Origin: Actinomycetota bacterium
Lineage (GTDB): Bacteria; Actinomycetota; UBA4738; HRBIN12
Direction: 5' to 3'
DNA: 64,000 bases
NCBI GenBank assembly: GCA_046734755.1
Contig: JBKPRY010000369.1
Span: forward strand, 1,529 to 65,528
Shown here: in pieces, positions 45,824-56,536 of the stretch
How positions within the stretch are numbered: the first letter of the stretch is position 1
Layout of the letters: each line of letters starts with the position of its first letter
Program-made: the position numbers and the translations under genes
The notes under the pieces: model-generated
Database searches by the model: none
What the model was told of the DNA's origin: nothing
What the model saw: the letters and a program-made list of their open reading frames with translations, nothing else

Positions 45824-47368
45824 GTGCGCGCTTCGTGCGCGGAGGGAGTGATTCAGATCGAGACGGCGAGTGAGATGCGGGACTTCACCCCCGACGAGCT
45901 CCGTGAGGCCATCGAGGCCTCGCTTCGGGACTTCAAGGAGGGCGACATCCTCGAGGGGACGGTCGTGAAGATCGACCGCGACGAGGTCCTGCTGGATATC
46001 GGCTACAAGTCCGAGGGCGTCATCCCCACCAAGGAACTGTCGATCCGCCACGACGTCGACCCCGGCCAGGTCGTCAAGGTCGGCGACGAGGTCGAGGCCC
46101 TCGTGCTCCAGAAGGAGGACAAGGAGGGCCGCCTGATCCTTTCGAAGAAGCGCGCGCAGTATGAGCGCGCCTGGGGCCGGATCGAGGAGGTCATGCAGTC
46201 GGGCGGCACCATCAAGGGGCCCGTGATCGAGGTCGTCAAGGGCGGCCTGATCCTGGACATCGGGCTCCGCGGGTTCCTGCCCGCCTCGCTCGTCGACCTC
46301 CGCAGAGTCCGGGACCTGCATCCGTTCGTGGGGACCGAGCTCGAGGCCAAGATCATCGAGCTCGATCGCAACCGCAACAACGTGGTGCTGTCGCGCCGCG
46401 CCTTCCTGGAGGAGTCGCAGAGCGAGGGCCGGAAGAAGTTCCTCGAGTCGCTGCAGAAGGGCGAGCGCCGCAAGGGCACGGTCTCCTCGATCGTGAACTT
46501 CGGTGCGTTCGTGGATCTCGGCGGCGTCGACGGGCTCGTGCACGTCTCCGAGCTCTCGTGGAAGCACGTCGACCACCCCAGCGAGGTCGTTCAGGTCGGC
46601 CAGGAGGTCGAGGTCGAGGTGCTCGATGTCGATCTCGAGCGCGAGCGCGTCTCGCTCTCGCTCAAGGCGACGCAGGAGGACCCGTGGAAGGAGTTCGAGC
46701 GGAAGTACTCGGCCGGCGAGATCATCGACGGCCAGGTCACCAAGCTCGTGCCGTTCGGCGCGTTCGTCCGCGTGGCCGCCGGGATCGAGGGTCTCGTGCA
46801 CATCTCCGAGATCTCCGAGCAGCACATCGAGACCCCCGAGAGCGTTCTCTCGGTCGGCGACGAAGTGCGCGTCAAGGTGATCGAGGTGGACGTGCCGCGC
46901 CGGCGCATCAGCCTTTCGATGCGTCAGGTCGGAGGCGCGATGCCTCGGCCCGCGAGCGAGATCGAGGAGGAGGCCGCCGAGGCGGTGCCGGTGGCGGCGG
47001 GGGCGGGCTCGGCTTCGCCTTCTTCGGCGCAGCTCGCTTCGCCCGCCTCGGGGGTCGCCGAGACCGAGATCACGACCGTCGGGGGCGCGGGGTCGGGCGC
47101 CTCCGAGCCCGCCCCCGCCGAGGTTGCCGCACCCGCCGGGACGGCGGTCGCGGCGCAGGCGGAGGGTCCGATCGGCGACCCGTCGACGCCCGAAGCGGCA
47201 CCGAGCACGGACGCCGCCGTCGACGAAGAGCCGACGGAGCCTGCCGCTGGAGCCGCGGCCGAGCCTGCCACGGAGGAGGCCGGGGAAGGCGAAGGGGCGA
47301 GCGAGGAGGATATCTCGCTCGAGGCGATCCTGGAGGACCTGAAGCGCCGCGAAGGGCGCTCGGACTAG
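45824..47368 (+). CDS. rpsA: 30S ribosomal protein S1 with an Ala/Glu/Pro-rich C-terminal tail (start uncertain)
   Basis: Four S1 repeats (GDILEGTVVKIDRDEVLLDIGYKSEG; GPVIEVVKGGLILDIG; GTVSSIVNFGAFVDLGGVDGLVHVSELS; GQVTKLVPFGAFVRV). polA-rpsA-coaE synteny matches mycobacteria. Confidence 0.93.
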   Translation: MRASCAEGVIQIETASEMRDFTPDELREAIEASLRDFKEGDILEGTVVKIDRDEVLLDIGYKSEGVIPTKELSIRHDVDPGQVVKVGDEVEALVLQKEDKEGRLILSKKRAQYERAWGRIEEVMQSGGTIKGPVIEVVKGGLILDIGLRGFLPASLVDLRRVRDLHPFVGTELEAKIIELDRNRNNVVLSRRAFLEESQSEGRKKFLESLQKGERRKGTVSSIVNFGAFVDLGGVDGLVHVSELSWKHVDHPSEVVQVGQEVEVEVLDVDLERERVSLSLKATQEDPWKEFERKYSAGEIIDGQVTKLVPFGAFVRVAAGIEGLVHISEISEQHIETPESVLSVGDEVRVKVIEVDVPRRRISLSMRQVGGAMPRPASEIEEEAAEAVPVAAGAGSASPSSAQLASPASGVAETEITTVGGAGSGASEPAPAEVAAPAGTAVAAQAEGPIGDPSTPEAAPSTDAAVDEEPTEPAAGAAAEPATEEAGEGEGASEEDISLEAILEDLKRREGRSD

Positions 47369-47372
47369 CTCG

Positions 47373-47975
47373 GTGCTGCTCGTCGGGCTGACCGGCGGGA
47401 TCGGGTCGGGCAAGTCGACCGTGGCTCGCCTGCTGGAGAAGCGGGGCGCCGTCGTCTTCGACGCGGATCTGCTCGCGCGCGAGGCGGTCGAACCCGGCAC
47501 CGCGGGTCATGCCGCCGTGATCGAACGGTTCGGCGCGGACGTCCTCGCGCCGGGTGGTGAACTCGATCGCGAGGCACTCGCGAGCATCGTGTTCGCGGAC
47601 CCCTCGGCCCGACGAGATCTCGAGGAGATCGTCCACCCCGAGGTCCGGCGGCTCTTCGCCGAGAGCTCCGAGGCGTACCGGAACACCGATCGGGTCGTGG
47701 TGTTCAGCGCCCCCCTGCTCGTCGAGACCGGGATGCATACGGCCTTCGAGATCCTCGTCGTCGTCTCGGCCACGGTCGCGACGCAGATCGAGCGCCTGAT
47801 GCGCCAACGCGGCATGTCAGAGGCCTCGATCCGCGCACGGATCGAGGCCCAGGCGCCGCTCGAGGACAAGGCCGCGGTGGCGGACTTCCTCGTCGACAAC
47901 GAGGGCACGCTCGACGAACTCGAGAGCCAGGTCGATCGGCTCTGGAACGACCTGTCCGCACGCCCGGTCGCCTGA
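47373..47975 (+). CDS. coaE: Dephospho-CoA kinase
   Basis: P-loop VGLTGGIGSGKST at the N-terminus, ~200 aa, located downstream of rpsA. Confidence 0.9.
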   Translation: MLLVGLTGGIGSGKSTVARLLEKRGAVVFDADLLAREAVEPGTAGHAAVIERFGADVLAPGGELDREALASIVFADPSARRDLEEIVHPEVRRLFAESSEAYRNTDRVVVFSAPLLVETGMHTAFEILVVVSATVATQIERLMRQRGMSEASIRARIEAQAPLEDKAAVADFLVDNEGTLDELESQVDRLWNDLSARPVA

Positions 47976-48018
47976 GCGGCGGACGGGACCGCGGCCGCTC
48001 CGTCGCTATCCTGGTGCC

Positions 48019-48729
48019 GTGACCTCCACGGGGTACGCGGCGGTGTTCTTCGACGCCGGCGAGACGCTCGTCCACCCGCACCCCACCTTCCCCGACCTGT
48101 TCGCCGAGATCCTGCGCCGAGAGGGGTACGACGTCTCGCCCGAGACGATCCACGAGCGCGGGCACGTCGTGTTCGATCGGTTCCGCGCGGCGGCCGAGGC
48201 GCACGAGCTCTGGACCACCTCGCCCGAACGCTCGCGCCGGTTCTGGCACGACGTGTACGGCATCTTCCTGCGCGAGCTCGGGATCCCCGATGCCAACGGT
48301 CTGATCGACCTCGTGTACACCGAGTTCACCGACCTCGGGAACTATCGTCTGTTCGATGACGTTACGCCCGTCCTCGATCGGCTGCGCGACGCCGGCCTAC
48401 TGCTCGGCGTGGTGTCGAACTTCGAGGAGTGGCTCGAGCGGCTCCTCGAGGATCTCGGCGTCCGTGGGTACTTCCGGGTGAGCGTCGTGTCGGGCGTCGA
48501 GGGGTTCGAGAAGCCCGACCCGCGGATCTTCCGGCTCGCGATGACCAGGGCGGGGGTGGCGCCCGAGCGGTCGGTCTACGTCGGGGACAACCCGGAGTTC
48601 GACGTCGACCCGGCGCGCGCGGTCGGCATGTTCCCCGTGCTGATCGATCGGCGCGAGCGCTTCGCCGGCGCGCCCGGAGCGCGCATCACCGCGCTGGACC
48701 AGTTGCCGGCACTGCTCGGGGTGGGGTGA
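48019..48729 (+). CDS. HAD-superfamily hydrolase (subfamily IA-like)
   Basis: Motif I FFDAGETL, motif II VVSNF, motif IV YVGDNPEFD. TATCCT (48007-48012) lies 6 nt before GTG 48019. Confidence 0.8.
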   Translation: MTSTGYAAVFFDAGETLVHPHPTFPDLFAEILRREGYDVSPETIHERGHVVFDRFRAAAEAHELWTTSPERSRRFWHDVYGIFLRELGIPDANGLIDLVYTEFTDLGNYRLFDDVTPVLDRLRDAGLLLGVVSNFEEWLERLLEDLGVRGYFRVSVVSGVEGFEKPDPRIFRLAMTRAGVAPERSVYVGDNPEFDVDPARAVGMFPVLIDRRERFAGAPGARITALDQLPALLGVG

Positions 48730-49103
48730 TGTCCGAGGAGCGTTCGTACGACGTCGAGGAGGCCAACGCGATGCTGCCCGAGCTCAGGGAGCGGCTGGCG
48801 AGGATCCGCGACGCCCGGCAGGTGATCCTGCGGGAAGCCGAGGTGGTGAGGGACCGGGTCGTCGCGGACGGCGGCGGGAGCCACGCGGGGCGGGAGTACT
48901 GGGACGCGAGCGTGGTGCTGCGGACAGAGCTCGAGCGCCTGGCCGCGGAGAACATCCTGCTGCGTGACCCCGAGACGGGGCTCGTGGACTTTCCAGCGGA
49001 GGTCAACGGGCAGCGCGTGTACCTCTGCTGGCGGGTGGGCGAGGAGGCCGTCGCCAACTGGCACCCGCTCGACACCGGCTTCTCCAGCCGGCGCCCGCTA
49101 TGA
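48729..49103 (+). CDS. DUF2203-family protein
   Basis: ATG 48729 overlaps the HAD stop. YDVEEANAMLPEL ... GLVDFPAEVNGQRVYLCWRVGEEAVANWH matches my recollection of the DUF2203 pattern. Confidence 0.7.
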   Translation: MSEERSYDVEEANAMLPELRERLARIRDARQVILREAEVVRDRVVADGGGSHAGREYWDASVVLRTELERLAAENILLRDPETGLVDFPAEVNGQRVYLCWRVGEEAVANWHPLDTGFSSRRPL

Positions 49104-50074
49104 GCGCCCGCGCCCGGGTGGCGGTCATGGGCGCGACCGCCGACGACCCGCCCCCGGGAATCGGAGGGATCGCCGACACCGTCGACCTCGCGTTTGCCGA
49201 CGATGTCCCGTCGCTCGCGGCCGCGCTCGAGGGCAGGGACGTCCTGTTCGCCTGGCGTCCGCAGAGCGACCTCCTCTCCGGGGCGTGGGGGAGCGCGGCC
49301 GACCTGCAATGGATCCAGTCGGCGTCCGCCGGCGTCGACAACCTGCTCTTCTCCGAGCTCGCCGCAAGCCATGTCGTCCTCACGAACGCACGCGGCGTCT
49401 ACGAGGACGCGATCGCCGAATACGTCCTCGGGTTGCTGCTCGTATTGGCGAAGGGTCTCGGCGGGGTCCTCGAGCGGCAGGGGCGCCGCGAGTGGCGACA
49501 CAAGGAGACCGAACGGCTCGACCGCAAGCGGGTCCTCGTCGTCGGCATCGGACCGATCGGACGCGCGATCGCTCGTACCTGCGCCGCGCTCCGGATGTCC
49601 GTCCGGGGCGTCGCTCGAACAGCCCGACCGGGAGACGACGTGCTGGTCGAGATCTTCGGCACCGAGCAGCTCGCCGACGCCGTCGGATCGGCCGACTACG
49701 TGATCGACGCGCTGCCCGCCACGGACGAGACCCATCATATGTTCGACCACGTAGTGTTCGAGGCGATGCAGCCGTGGACGAGGTTCGTGAACGTCGGCCG
49801 CGGGAGCACGGTCGACCAACGAGCGCTCGTCCGGGCGCTCGAGGCGGGTGCCATCGCCGGCGCCGCGCTCGACGTCTTCGAGGAGGAGCCGCTGGCCGAG
49901 GACGACCCGCTCTGGGCGATGCCGAACGTGATCGTCTCGCCCCACATGGCCGGCGACGCCGCCGGGTGGCGCGAGGGCGTGGTCGAGCTGTTCGTGCGGA
50001 ACCTCGAGCGCTATCTCACCGGTCGCCCCCTGCTGAACGTCGTCGACAAGACCCGCGGCTACGTACCGTCGTGA
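49100..50074 (+). CDS. D-isomer-specific 2-hydroxyacid dehydrogenase family protein
   Basis: ATGA overlap with the previous gene. NAD fold VLVVGIGPIGRAIAR and catalytic region NVGRGSTVDQRALVRALEAGAIAGAALDVFEEEPL...SPHMAG. Confidence 0.85.
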   Translation: MSARARVAVMGATADDPPPGIGGIADTVDLAFADDVPSLAAALEGRDVLFAWRPQSDLLSGAWGSAADLQWIQSASAGVDNLLFSELAASHVVLTNARGVYEDAIAEYVLGLLLVLAKGLGGVLERQGRREWRHKETERLDRKRVLVVGIGPIGRAIARTCAALRMSVRGVARTARPGDDVLVEIFGTEQLADAVGSADYVIDALPATDETHHMFDHVVFEAMQPWTRFVNVGRGSTVDQRALVRALEAGAIAGAALDVFEEEPLAEDDPLWAMPNVIVSPHMAGDAAGWREGVVELFVRNLERYLTGRPLLNVVDKTRGYVPS

Positions 50075-50091
50075 GTGGATAGCCTGCGAGG

Positions 50092-51003
50092 ATGAGCGAC
50101 CGAGCGATCGAGGTCAAAGGTCTTCGGAAGACCTACGGGGATCTCGATGCGGTCGCCGGGATCGACCTGGCCGTCGATGTGGGCGAGGTGTTCGCGCTCC
50201 TCGGTCCGAACGGCGCCGGGAAGACCACCACGGTGGAGATCCTCGAGGGCTATCGGGATCGCACGTCGGGGGAGGTATCGGTGCTGGGGCATGACCCGGC
50301 GAAAGGCGAGCCCGAGCTGAAGCGCCGGATCGGCATCGTCCTGCAGTCCACCGGGATCGACCCGTTCCTCACGGTGCGCGAGACGATCGAGATGTACGCC
50401 GGCTACTACCCGAGACGTCGACCGACCGACGAGGTCATCGAGGTCGTCGGGCTGGTCGAGAAACGGGACGTGCGTGTGAACAAGCTATCCGGCGGGCAGC
50501 AACGACGCCTGGACGTCGCGATCGGAATGGCCGGCGACCCCGAGCTTCTGTTCCTGGACGAGCCCACCACCGGCTTCGACCCCGGGGCTCGCCGCAACGC
50601 CTGGGAGATCGTCAAGAACCTCTCGTCGATCGGCAAGACCGTGTTCCTCACGACCCACTACATGGACGAGGCGCAGAACCTGGCGAACCGTGTCGCCGTC
50701 ATCGCGCACGGCACCATCGTCGCTGTGGGCCCGCCCGGGAGCCTGGCTGGACGCGATCGGATGATGACGAGGATCCGTTTCCGCCTCCCGCCCGGAGTTC
50801 CCGAACCCGAACGCGCTCCCCACCGCCTGCCGGACGGGTCGTACGAGATCCGCGCCGATCAGGAGGAGACCACCAAGCTCGTCCACGATCTCACCGCGTG
50901 GGCCCTCGAGTCCGGCATCGTTCTGGACGCGCTCGAGGTCACGCCTCCGACCCTGGAGGACGTCTACCTCGAGCTCACGGCCAGCGAGGATGTGACCGCG
51001 TGA
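50092..51003 (+). CDS. ABC-2/DrrA-type exporter ATPase
   Basis: Walker A GPNGAGKTT, signature LSGGQQRRLDVAIGM, Walker B LFLDEPTTGFDP. Confidence 0.9.
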   Translation: MSDRAIEVKGLRKTYGDLDAVAGIDLAVDVGEVFALLGPNGAGKTTTVEILEGYRDRTSGEVSVLGHDPAKGEPELKRRIGIVLQSTGIDPFLTVRETIEMYAGYYPRRRPTDEVIEVVGLVEKRDVRVNKLSGGQQRRLDVAIGMAGDPELLFLDEPTTGFDPGARRNAWEIVKNLSSIGKTVFLTTHYMDEAQNLANRVAVIAHGTIVAVGPPGSLAGRDRMMTRIRFRLPPGVPEPERAPHRLPDGSYEIRADQEETTKLVHDLTAWALESGIVLDALEVTPPTLEDVYLELTASEDVTA

Positions 51004-51779
51004 GCGAGCTGACGCTGACGGCCAGGCAGATCCGCTACACGAACAAGGCGTTCTGGCGGAACCCCGCCGCCGCCTTCTTCACGTTCGTGTTCCCCCTGAT
51101 GTTCCTCGTGATCTTTGCCACGCTGCTGGGGAGCGGGACGGTTACCCTCGAGAGCGGCCGCGAGTTCAACCAGTCGACCTACTACGTCGCGAGCATGGCG
51201 GTGTTCTCGGTCATCACCGCCTGCTACACGAACCTGGCGATCGGCGTGACCTTCCAACGCGATGCCGGGATCCTCAAACGGACGCGAGGCACGCCGCTCC
51301 CCGGGAGCGCCTACTTGGGGGCGCGGGTGATCCACGTCATGATCTTGTCGATCCTGCTCGTCGTGATCTGCGCGGCCTTCGGTTGGTTGTTCTACGACGC
51401 GGACCTGCCGACCGGTATGAGCCTGATCCGATCGATCATCGTCGTCCTCGTCGGCTCCGCGAGCTTCGCGGCGCTCGGGCTGGCGCTGACGCCGGCGATA
51501 CCGAATGCAGATGCGGCGCCGCCGATCGTGAACGCGACGATCCTGCCCCTGCTGTTCATCTCGGGCATCTTCTTCCCCATCGGCCCCGATGCCCCGCAGT
51601 GGATCGAGACCCTCAGCGATATCTTCCCGGTTCGTCATCTGGTCGACGCCTTCCTCGGTTCGTTCTACGGGCCGCCTCTGTTCGACTTCTCGTGGGCTGA
51701 TGTGGGGGTCGTCGCGGCGTGGGGGGTCGTCGGGCTCACGCTCGCGATCCGCTTCTTCTCGTGGGAGCCGCGCACGTGA
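51000..51779 (+). CDS. ABC-2-type exporter permease
   Basis: GTG 51000 (GTGA overlap with the ATPase). Six hydrophobic helices in an ABC-2 membrane layout. Confidence 0.8.
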   Translation: MSELTLTARQIRYTNKAFWRNPAAAFFTFVFPLMFLVIFATLLGSGTVTLESGREFNQSTYYVASMAVFSVITACYTNLAIGVTFQRDAGILKRTRGTPLPGSAYLGARVIHVMILSILLVVICAAFGWLFYDADLPTGMSLIRSIIVVLVGSASFAALGLALTPAIPNADAAPPIVNATILPLLFISGIFFPIGPDAPQWIETLSDIFPVRHLVDAFLGSFYGPPLFDFSWADVGVVAAWGVVGLTLAIRFFSWEPRT

Positions 51780-51856
51780 AGTGCCGATCCCGGGAACCCC
51801 CGTAGAACAGGCGTGTGCTAGGCTCGCCCACTTCACGTCGGCAGGGGGTTCCGCAG

Positions 51857-52795
51857 ATGCGCAAGGTGTTCGCCTTCCTCGTGGTCGGTTCCTTGCTGTT
51901 CGCGGCCTGCGCGGAGGACAACCCGACGATCGGTGCCACCGGGGCGACGGCTACCGGCGGCACGGGCGGGACCGCCCCGGCCACGGCAGCCGAGTGCGCG
52001 ACCGCGAACGCCGACGCCTTCAAGAGTCCCGGCATGCTGACGATCGGTACCGACAATCCCGCGTTCCCGCCGTGGTTCTCGGGCGGAGAGACCGACGCCC
52101 ACAGCGAATGGAAGTTCGACGACCCTTACACGGGCAAGGGCTACGAGGCTGCTACCGCGTACGCCGTGGCCGAGTCGATGGGGTTCTCGAAGGACCAGGT
52201 GCAGTGGGTGGTGGCTCCCTTCAACCAGACCTACAAGCCCGGTGACAAGGACTACGACTTCGCGATCGAGCAGATCTCCTACTCCGCCAAGCGCGACCAG
52301 GCCGTCGACTTCAGCGAGACCTACTACGACGTCCAGCAGGCGCTCGTCGCCGTGAAGGGATCGCCGATCGCCGGGGCGACGAGCCTCGGCGACCTGGCCG
52401 GAACCACGATCGCGGCGCCGATCGGGACCACGAGCTACGACTACATCGTGGCGAACATCCCCGATGCGACCGCGGGTTCGTACACGACGCTCTCGGATAC
52501 CGTGGCAGCGTTGAACGCCGGCCAGGTCGACGCGATCGTCGTGGACGCGCCCACCGCGTACTACCTTGCAGATCCATTCGTCCAAGAGGTGAAGAACGGC
52601 GTCGTCGTGGGCTTGTTCCCGCCCGTGGGGGAGCAGGAGTACTTCGGGCTCACGTTCGTGACCGGAAGTCCCCTGGTCCAATGCGCGAACCTGGCACTCG
52701 AGGAGATCAAGGCCGACGGGACCCTCGACGCGATCCACCAGGAGTGGCTCGTCGAGAAGACGAACGTCGGCCAGGTCCCCGAGTTCACGACGTAG
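51857..52795 (+). CDS. Polar amino-acid ABC substrate-binding lipoprotein (family 3), second system
   Basis: ATG 51857 with lipobox LLFAAC-A. SBP_bac_3-like core (GTDNPAFPPWF, DFAIEQISYSAKR, VDAIVVDAPTA). Confidence 0.85.
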   Translation: MRKVFAFLVVGSLLFAACAEDNPTIGATGATATGGTGGTAPATAAECATANADAFKSPGMLTIGTDNPAFPPWFSGGETDAHSEWKFDDPYTGKGYEAATAYAVAESMGFSKDQVQWVVAPFNQTYKPGDKDYDFAIEQISYSAKRDQAVDFSETYYDVQQALVAVKGSPIAGATSLGDLAGTTIAAPIGTTSYDYIVANIPDATAGSYTTLSDTVAALNAGQVDAIVVDAPTAYYLADPFVQEVKNGVVVGLFPPVGEQEYFGLTFVTGSPLVQCANLALEEIKADGTLDAIHQEWLVEKTNVGQVPEFTT

Positions 52796-52807
52796 CCGCG
52801 GCCCCAT

Positions 52808-53713
52808 ATGGGGATGGGAGGCGGCGGGGCCCCCGAGCTGCAGCAGTACCAGCCCGGTGACCCGAGACTCCCCGAGGGGCAGCGGACGTCCCGGATCCTT
52901 GGGCCGCTCCGTGCCGAGGGCGCGCGGGGGGTGGCGATCGCCCTCATCAGCACGCTCGTCGTCCTGGCGCTGATCGTATGGGCCGTCACGTCGTCGCCGA
53001 ACTGGCCCGAAGTCAAACAGGCCTTCTTCGACCCGGAGGAGTTCAAGCGAACCTTTCCCGCTATCGCCCGGGCGTTCGTCCGCAACGTCCAGTACTTCCT
53101 CATCGCGGAGGTGTTCATCCTCGTGTGGGCGCTCGTGCTCGCGGTGGTGCGCAGCCTGCAGGGGCCGGTGTTCTTCCCCCTTCGAGCGCTCGCCATCATC
53201 TACACCGACCTGTTCCGAGGGATCCCCACCGTCCTCGTCGTGTACCTGCTGGGGTTCGGGATCCCGAGCCTGGGTCTGCCGGGTGTGCCCTCGGGCGCCG
53301 CGTTCTGGGGTGTGGTCGGTCTGATCCTGTCGTACTCCGCCTACGTCGCGGAGGTCTATCGAGCCGGCATCGAGTCCGTGCACCCGAGCCAAGCCGCTGC
53401 CGCTCGGTCGCTTGGGCTCTCACGCATGAAGACGCTCCGCTTCGTGATCATCCCGCAGGCGGTTCGCCGAGTGATCCCACCACTCCTGAACGACTTCATC
53501 GGGCTGCAGAAGGACACCGCGCTCGTGGCGTTCGTCGTGGCGATCCCCGAGGCGTTCAAACAGGGTCAGATCTACCAGGCCGCCGACTTCAACTTCACCC
53601 CGCTCCTCGGGGTCGCACTGATGTTCCTGCTCATCACCGTTCCTCTCACCCGGTTCACTGACTGGTTGCTCGAGCGCCAACGTCGACGCCGGCAGGCGGG
53701 GGCAGCCGCGTGA
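52808..53713 (+). CDS. Polar amino-acid ABC permease, second system
   Basis: EAA-loop [34 protein letters not shown]. Confidence 0.85.
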   Translation: MGMGGGGAPELQQYQPGDPRLPEGQRTSRILGPLRAEGARGVAIALISTLVVLALIVWAVTSSPNWPEVKQAFFDPEEFKRTFPAIARAFVRNVQYFLIAEVFILVWALVLAVVRSLQGPVFFPLRALAIIYTDLFRGIPTVLVVYLLGFGIPSLGLPGVPSGAAFWGVVGLILSYSAYVAEVYRAGIESVHPSQAAAARSLGLSRMKTLRFVIIPQAVRRVIPPLLNDFIGLQKDTALVAFVVAIPEAFKQGQIYQAADFNFTPLLGVALMFLLITVPLTRFTDWLLERQRRRRQAGAAA

Positions 53714-54486
53714 ACGTGGACGATCCTGCGCTCAGCGTGGACCATCCCGCCCTGAGCGTCGTCGGCGTCCACAAGTCGTTCGACGGGCTCGAGGTGCTCA
53801 AGGGCATCGATCTCGAGGTGGCCGAGCACGAGGTCATAGGTTTGATCGGCGCCTCGGGGTCCGGCAAGTCAACGCTGCTCCGCTGCATCAACCTGCTCGA
53901 ACCCGTGAACGCGGGGCACGTGTTCATCGAGGGCGAGGAGATCACCGCCCCCGGCGTGGACGTGAACCGGATCCGGCAGCGGGTGGGGATCGTCTTCCAA
54001 GCGTTCAACCTGTTCCCGCATATGACCGTGTTCCGCAATGTGACGCTCGCGCCGATCGAGGCGCTCGGCGTGTCGAGGGCCGAGGCCGACGCGCTGGCCA
54101 CGGAGCTGCTCGAACGGTTCGGGCTCGCCGACAAGCGCGACGACTACCCCGACCGCCTTTCGGGGGGACAGCAGCAGCGCGTCGCGATCGTGCGGGCGCT
54201 CGCGATGAAGCCGGACGTGATGCTGCTCGACGAGGTGACCAGCGCCCTCGACCCCGAGCTCGTCGCCGAGGTGCTGAACGTGATCCGCGAGCTCGCCGCC
54301 GGCGGGATGACGATGGTGATCGCGACCCACGAGATGGGGTTCGCACGCGACATCGCGAACCGGATCGGGTTCCTGGACGCCGGCGTGATCCTCGAGGAGG
54401 GCCCGCCGGAGGAGATCTTCACCTCGCCGCGCGAGGAGCGGACCCGGCGGTTCCTCCAGAGCATCATCGACGCCGGGCGGATGTAG
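53710..54486 (+). CDS. Polar amino-acid ABC ATPase, second system
   Basis: GTGA overlap with the permease. Walker [10 protein letters not shown], signature [15 protein letters not shown], Walker [14 protein letters not shown]. Confidence 0.92.
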   Translation: MNVDDPALSVDHPALSVVGVHKSFDGLEVLKGIDLEVAEHEVIGLIGASGSGKSTLLRCINLLEPVNAGHVFIEGEEITAPGVDVNRIRQRVGIVFQAFNLFPHMTVFRNVTLAPIEALGVSRAEADALATELLERFGLADKRDDYPDRLSGGQQQRVAIVRALAMKPDVMLLDEVTSALDPELVAEVLNVIRELAAGGMTMVIATHEMGFARDIANRIGFLDAGVILEEGPPEEIFTSPREERTRRFLQSIIDAGRM

Positions 54487-54517
54487 GCGCGTCGGCAAGG
54501 GCGCCTACACTGGGTCC

Positions 54518-56530
54518 GTGCCCCCGTTCAAGATCCACGCCGACCACGTTCCGACCGGTGACCAGCCCACGGCCATCGACCACCTGGTCGAGGGCATCCG
54601 CGCCGGCGAGCCCCATATCACGTTGCTCGGGGCCACCGGCACGGGCAAGACGTTCACGATCGCCAACGTGGTCGAGCACGTCCAGCGACCCACGATCGTG
54701 ATCGCGCCCAACAAGTCGCTCGCCGCGCAGCTCGCGAACGAGTTCCGCGAGGCCTTCCCCGAGAATGCGGTGGAGTACTTCGTCTCGTACTACGACTATT
54801 ACCAGCCCGAGGCCTATGTCCCGTCGACCGACACCTACATCGAGAAGGACTCCTCGATCAACGACGAGATCGAGCGCCTGCGGCATTCGGCGACGGCCGC
54901 CCTGCTGACCCGCCGCGACGTCTTGATCGTGGCCAGCGTCTCGTGCATCTACGGTCTGGGCTCGCCCGAGGAGTACGAGGGCCAGATCCTGCGGGTCCAC
55001 AAGGGCGTCGCCACGGACATGGAGTGGTCGAAGCAACGCCTCGTGGACATCCAGTACCTGCGGAACCAGGCGAACCTCGCGCGCGGGAAGTTCCGGGTCC
55101 AGGGCGACGTCCTCGAGGTCCATCCGTCGTACGAGGAGACCGCGGTTCGGATCGAATGGTGGGGCGACACGATCGAGCGGATCACCCGGTTCGACCCGCT
55201 GACCGGAGAGGTGCTCGGCGACCTGAACGAGATCACGGTCTTCCCGGCCTCCCACTACGTGGCGTCGGACGAGCGGATGAAGCGGGCCGTCGTCTCGATC
55301 GAGGAGGAGCTGCATGATCGGCTGGCGCTGCTCGAGAGCCAGAGCAAGCTCCTGGAGGCGGAACGCCTGCGGATGCGCACGACCTACGACCTCGAGATGC
55401 TGCGCGAGGTCGGGTTCTGCTCCGGCATCGAGAACTACTCGCGCCATATCGATGGCCGCGCGCCGGGGGAGGCGCCGTACACACTGCTGGACTACTTCCC
55501 CCACGACTGGCTCTGCGTGATCGACGAGTCCCACGTCACGGTCCCCCAGATCCACGGGATGTACGAGGGCGACAAGACGCGGAAGGAGACCCTCGTCGAG
55601 TTCGGATTCCGCCTGCCGAGCGCGCTGGACAACCGGCCGCTCCGTTTCGAGGAGTTCGTGAAGAAGGTCAATCAGACCGTGTACATGTCCGCGACGCCCG
55701 GCCCCTACGAGCTCAGGACGTCCATCCGCATCGCGGAGCAGATCGTGCGCCCGACCGGCCTCGTCGACCCGGAGGTGCAGGTTCGGCCCACCCGGGGGCA
55801 GGTGGACGACCTGATCGAGGAGATCCGCAAGCGCGCGGAGGCCGGCCAGCGGGTGCTCGTCACCACGCTCACCAAGAAGATGGCCGAGGACCTGACGGAT
55901 TACCTGCTCGAGATGGGGATCCGGGTCCGGTACCTGCATTCGGAGGTCGACACGATCCAGCGGATCGAGATCGTCCGCGACCTGCGGCTGGGGGAGTTCG
56001 ACGTGTTGGTCGGGATCAACCTGCTGCGGGAGGGGCTCGACCTGCCCGAGGTCTCGCTGGTCGCGATCCTCGACGCCGATAAGGAGGGCTTCCTGCGTTC
56101 GGACACGTCGCTGATCCAGACCATCGGCCGGGCCGCGCGCAACGTCGACGGGACGGTGATCATGTACGCGGACCAGGTGACCGACTCCATGAAGCAGGCG
56201 ATCGGCGAGACGCAGCGACGTCGCAAGATCCAGATCGATTTCAACCGCGAACACGGGATCGATCCCCAGTCGATCCGAAAGAAGGTCTCGGACATCCTGC
56301 TCACGATGGCGGTCGACACGAGAGCTCCCACGCCGGAGAAGCGCCGCCGCGGGCGCGAGCACCCCGAGATGCCGACCGAGGAGCTCGAGCGGCTGATCCA
56401 ACAGCTCGAGGAGGAGATGCACGAGGCCGCCAAGGACCTGCGGTTCGAATACGCGGCCCGCCTGCGCGACGAGGTCGTCGACCTCCGCAAGGAGCTGAAG
56501 GCCCTGCGCGGCGCGGGCGTCGGCCGCTGA
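54518..56530 (+). CDS. uvrB: Excinuclease ABC subunit B
   Basis: N-terminal PTGDQP, Walker [24 protein letters not shown] box, and a C-terminal UVR domain ([17 protein letters not shown]). TACACT (54506-54511) lies 6 nt before GTG 54518. Confidence 0.97.
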   Translation: MPPFKIHADHVPTGDQPTAIDHLVEGIRAGEPHITLLGATGTGKTFTIANVVEHVQRPTIVIAPNKSLAAQLANEFREAFPENAVEYFVSYYDYYQPEAYVPSTDTYIEKDSSINDEIERLRHSATAALLTRRDVLIVASVSCIYGLGSPEEYEGQILRVHKGVATDMEWSKQRLVDIQYLRNQANLARGKFRVQGDVLEVHPSYEETAVRIEWWGDTIERITRFDPLTGEVLGDLNEITVFPASHYVASDERMKRAVVSIEEELHDRLALLESQSKLLEAERLRMRTTYDLEMLREVGFCSGIENYSRHIDGRAPGEAPYTLLDYFPHDWLCVIDESHVTVPQIHGMYEGDKTRKETLVEFGFRLPSALDNRPLRFEEFVKKVNQTVYMSATPGPYELRTSIRIAEQIVRPTGLVDPEVQVRPTRGQVDDLIEEIRKRAEAGQRVLVTTLTKKMAEDLTDYLLEMGIRVRYLHSEVDTIQRIEIVRDLRLGEFDVLVGINLLREGLDLPEVSLVAILDADKEGFLRSDTSLIQTIGRAARNVDGTVIMYADQVTDSMKQAIGETQRRRKIQIDFNREHGIDPQSIRKKVSDILLTMAVDTRAPTPEKRRRGREHPEMPTEELERLIQQLEEEMHEAAKDLRFEYAARLRDEVVDLRKELKALRGAGVGR

Positions 56531-56536
56531 CCAACG

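Noticed and set aside
52802-52813. 12-nt perfect palindrome CCCCATATGGGG spanning the start codon of the second amino-acid permease.
   Set aside because: It is too short to form a stable hairpin (no loop). It contains an NdeI-like CATATG by chance, and there is no second copy in the window.
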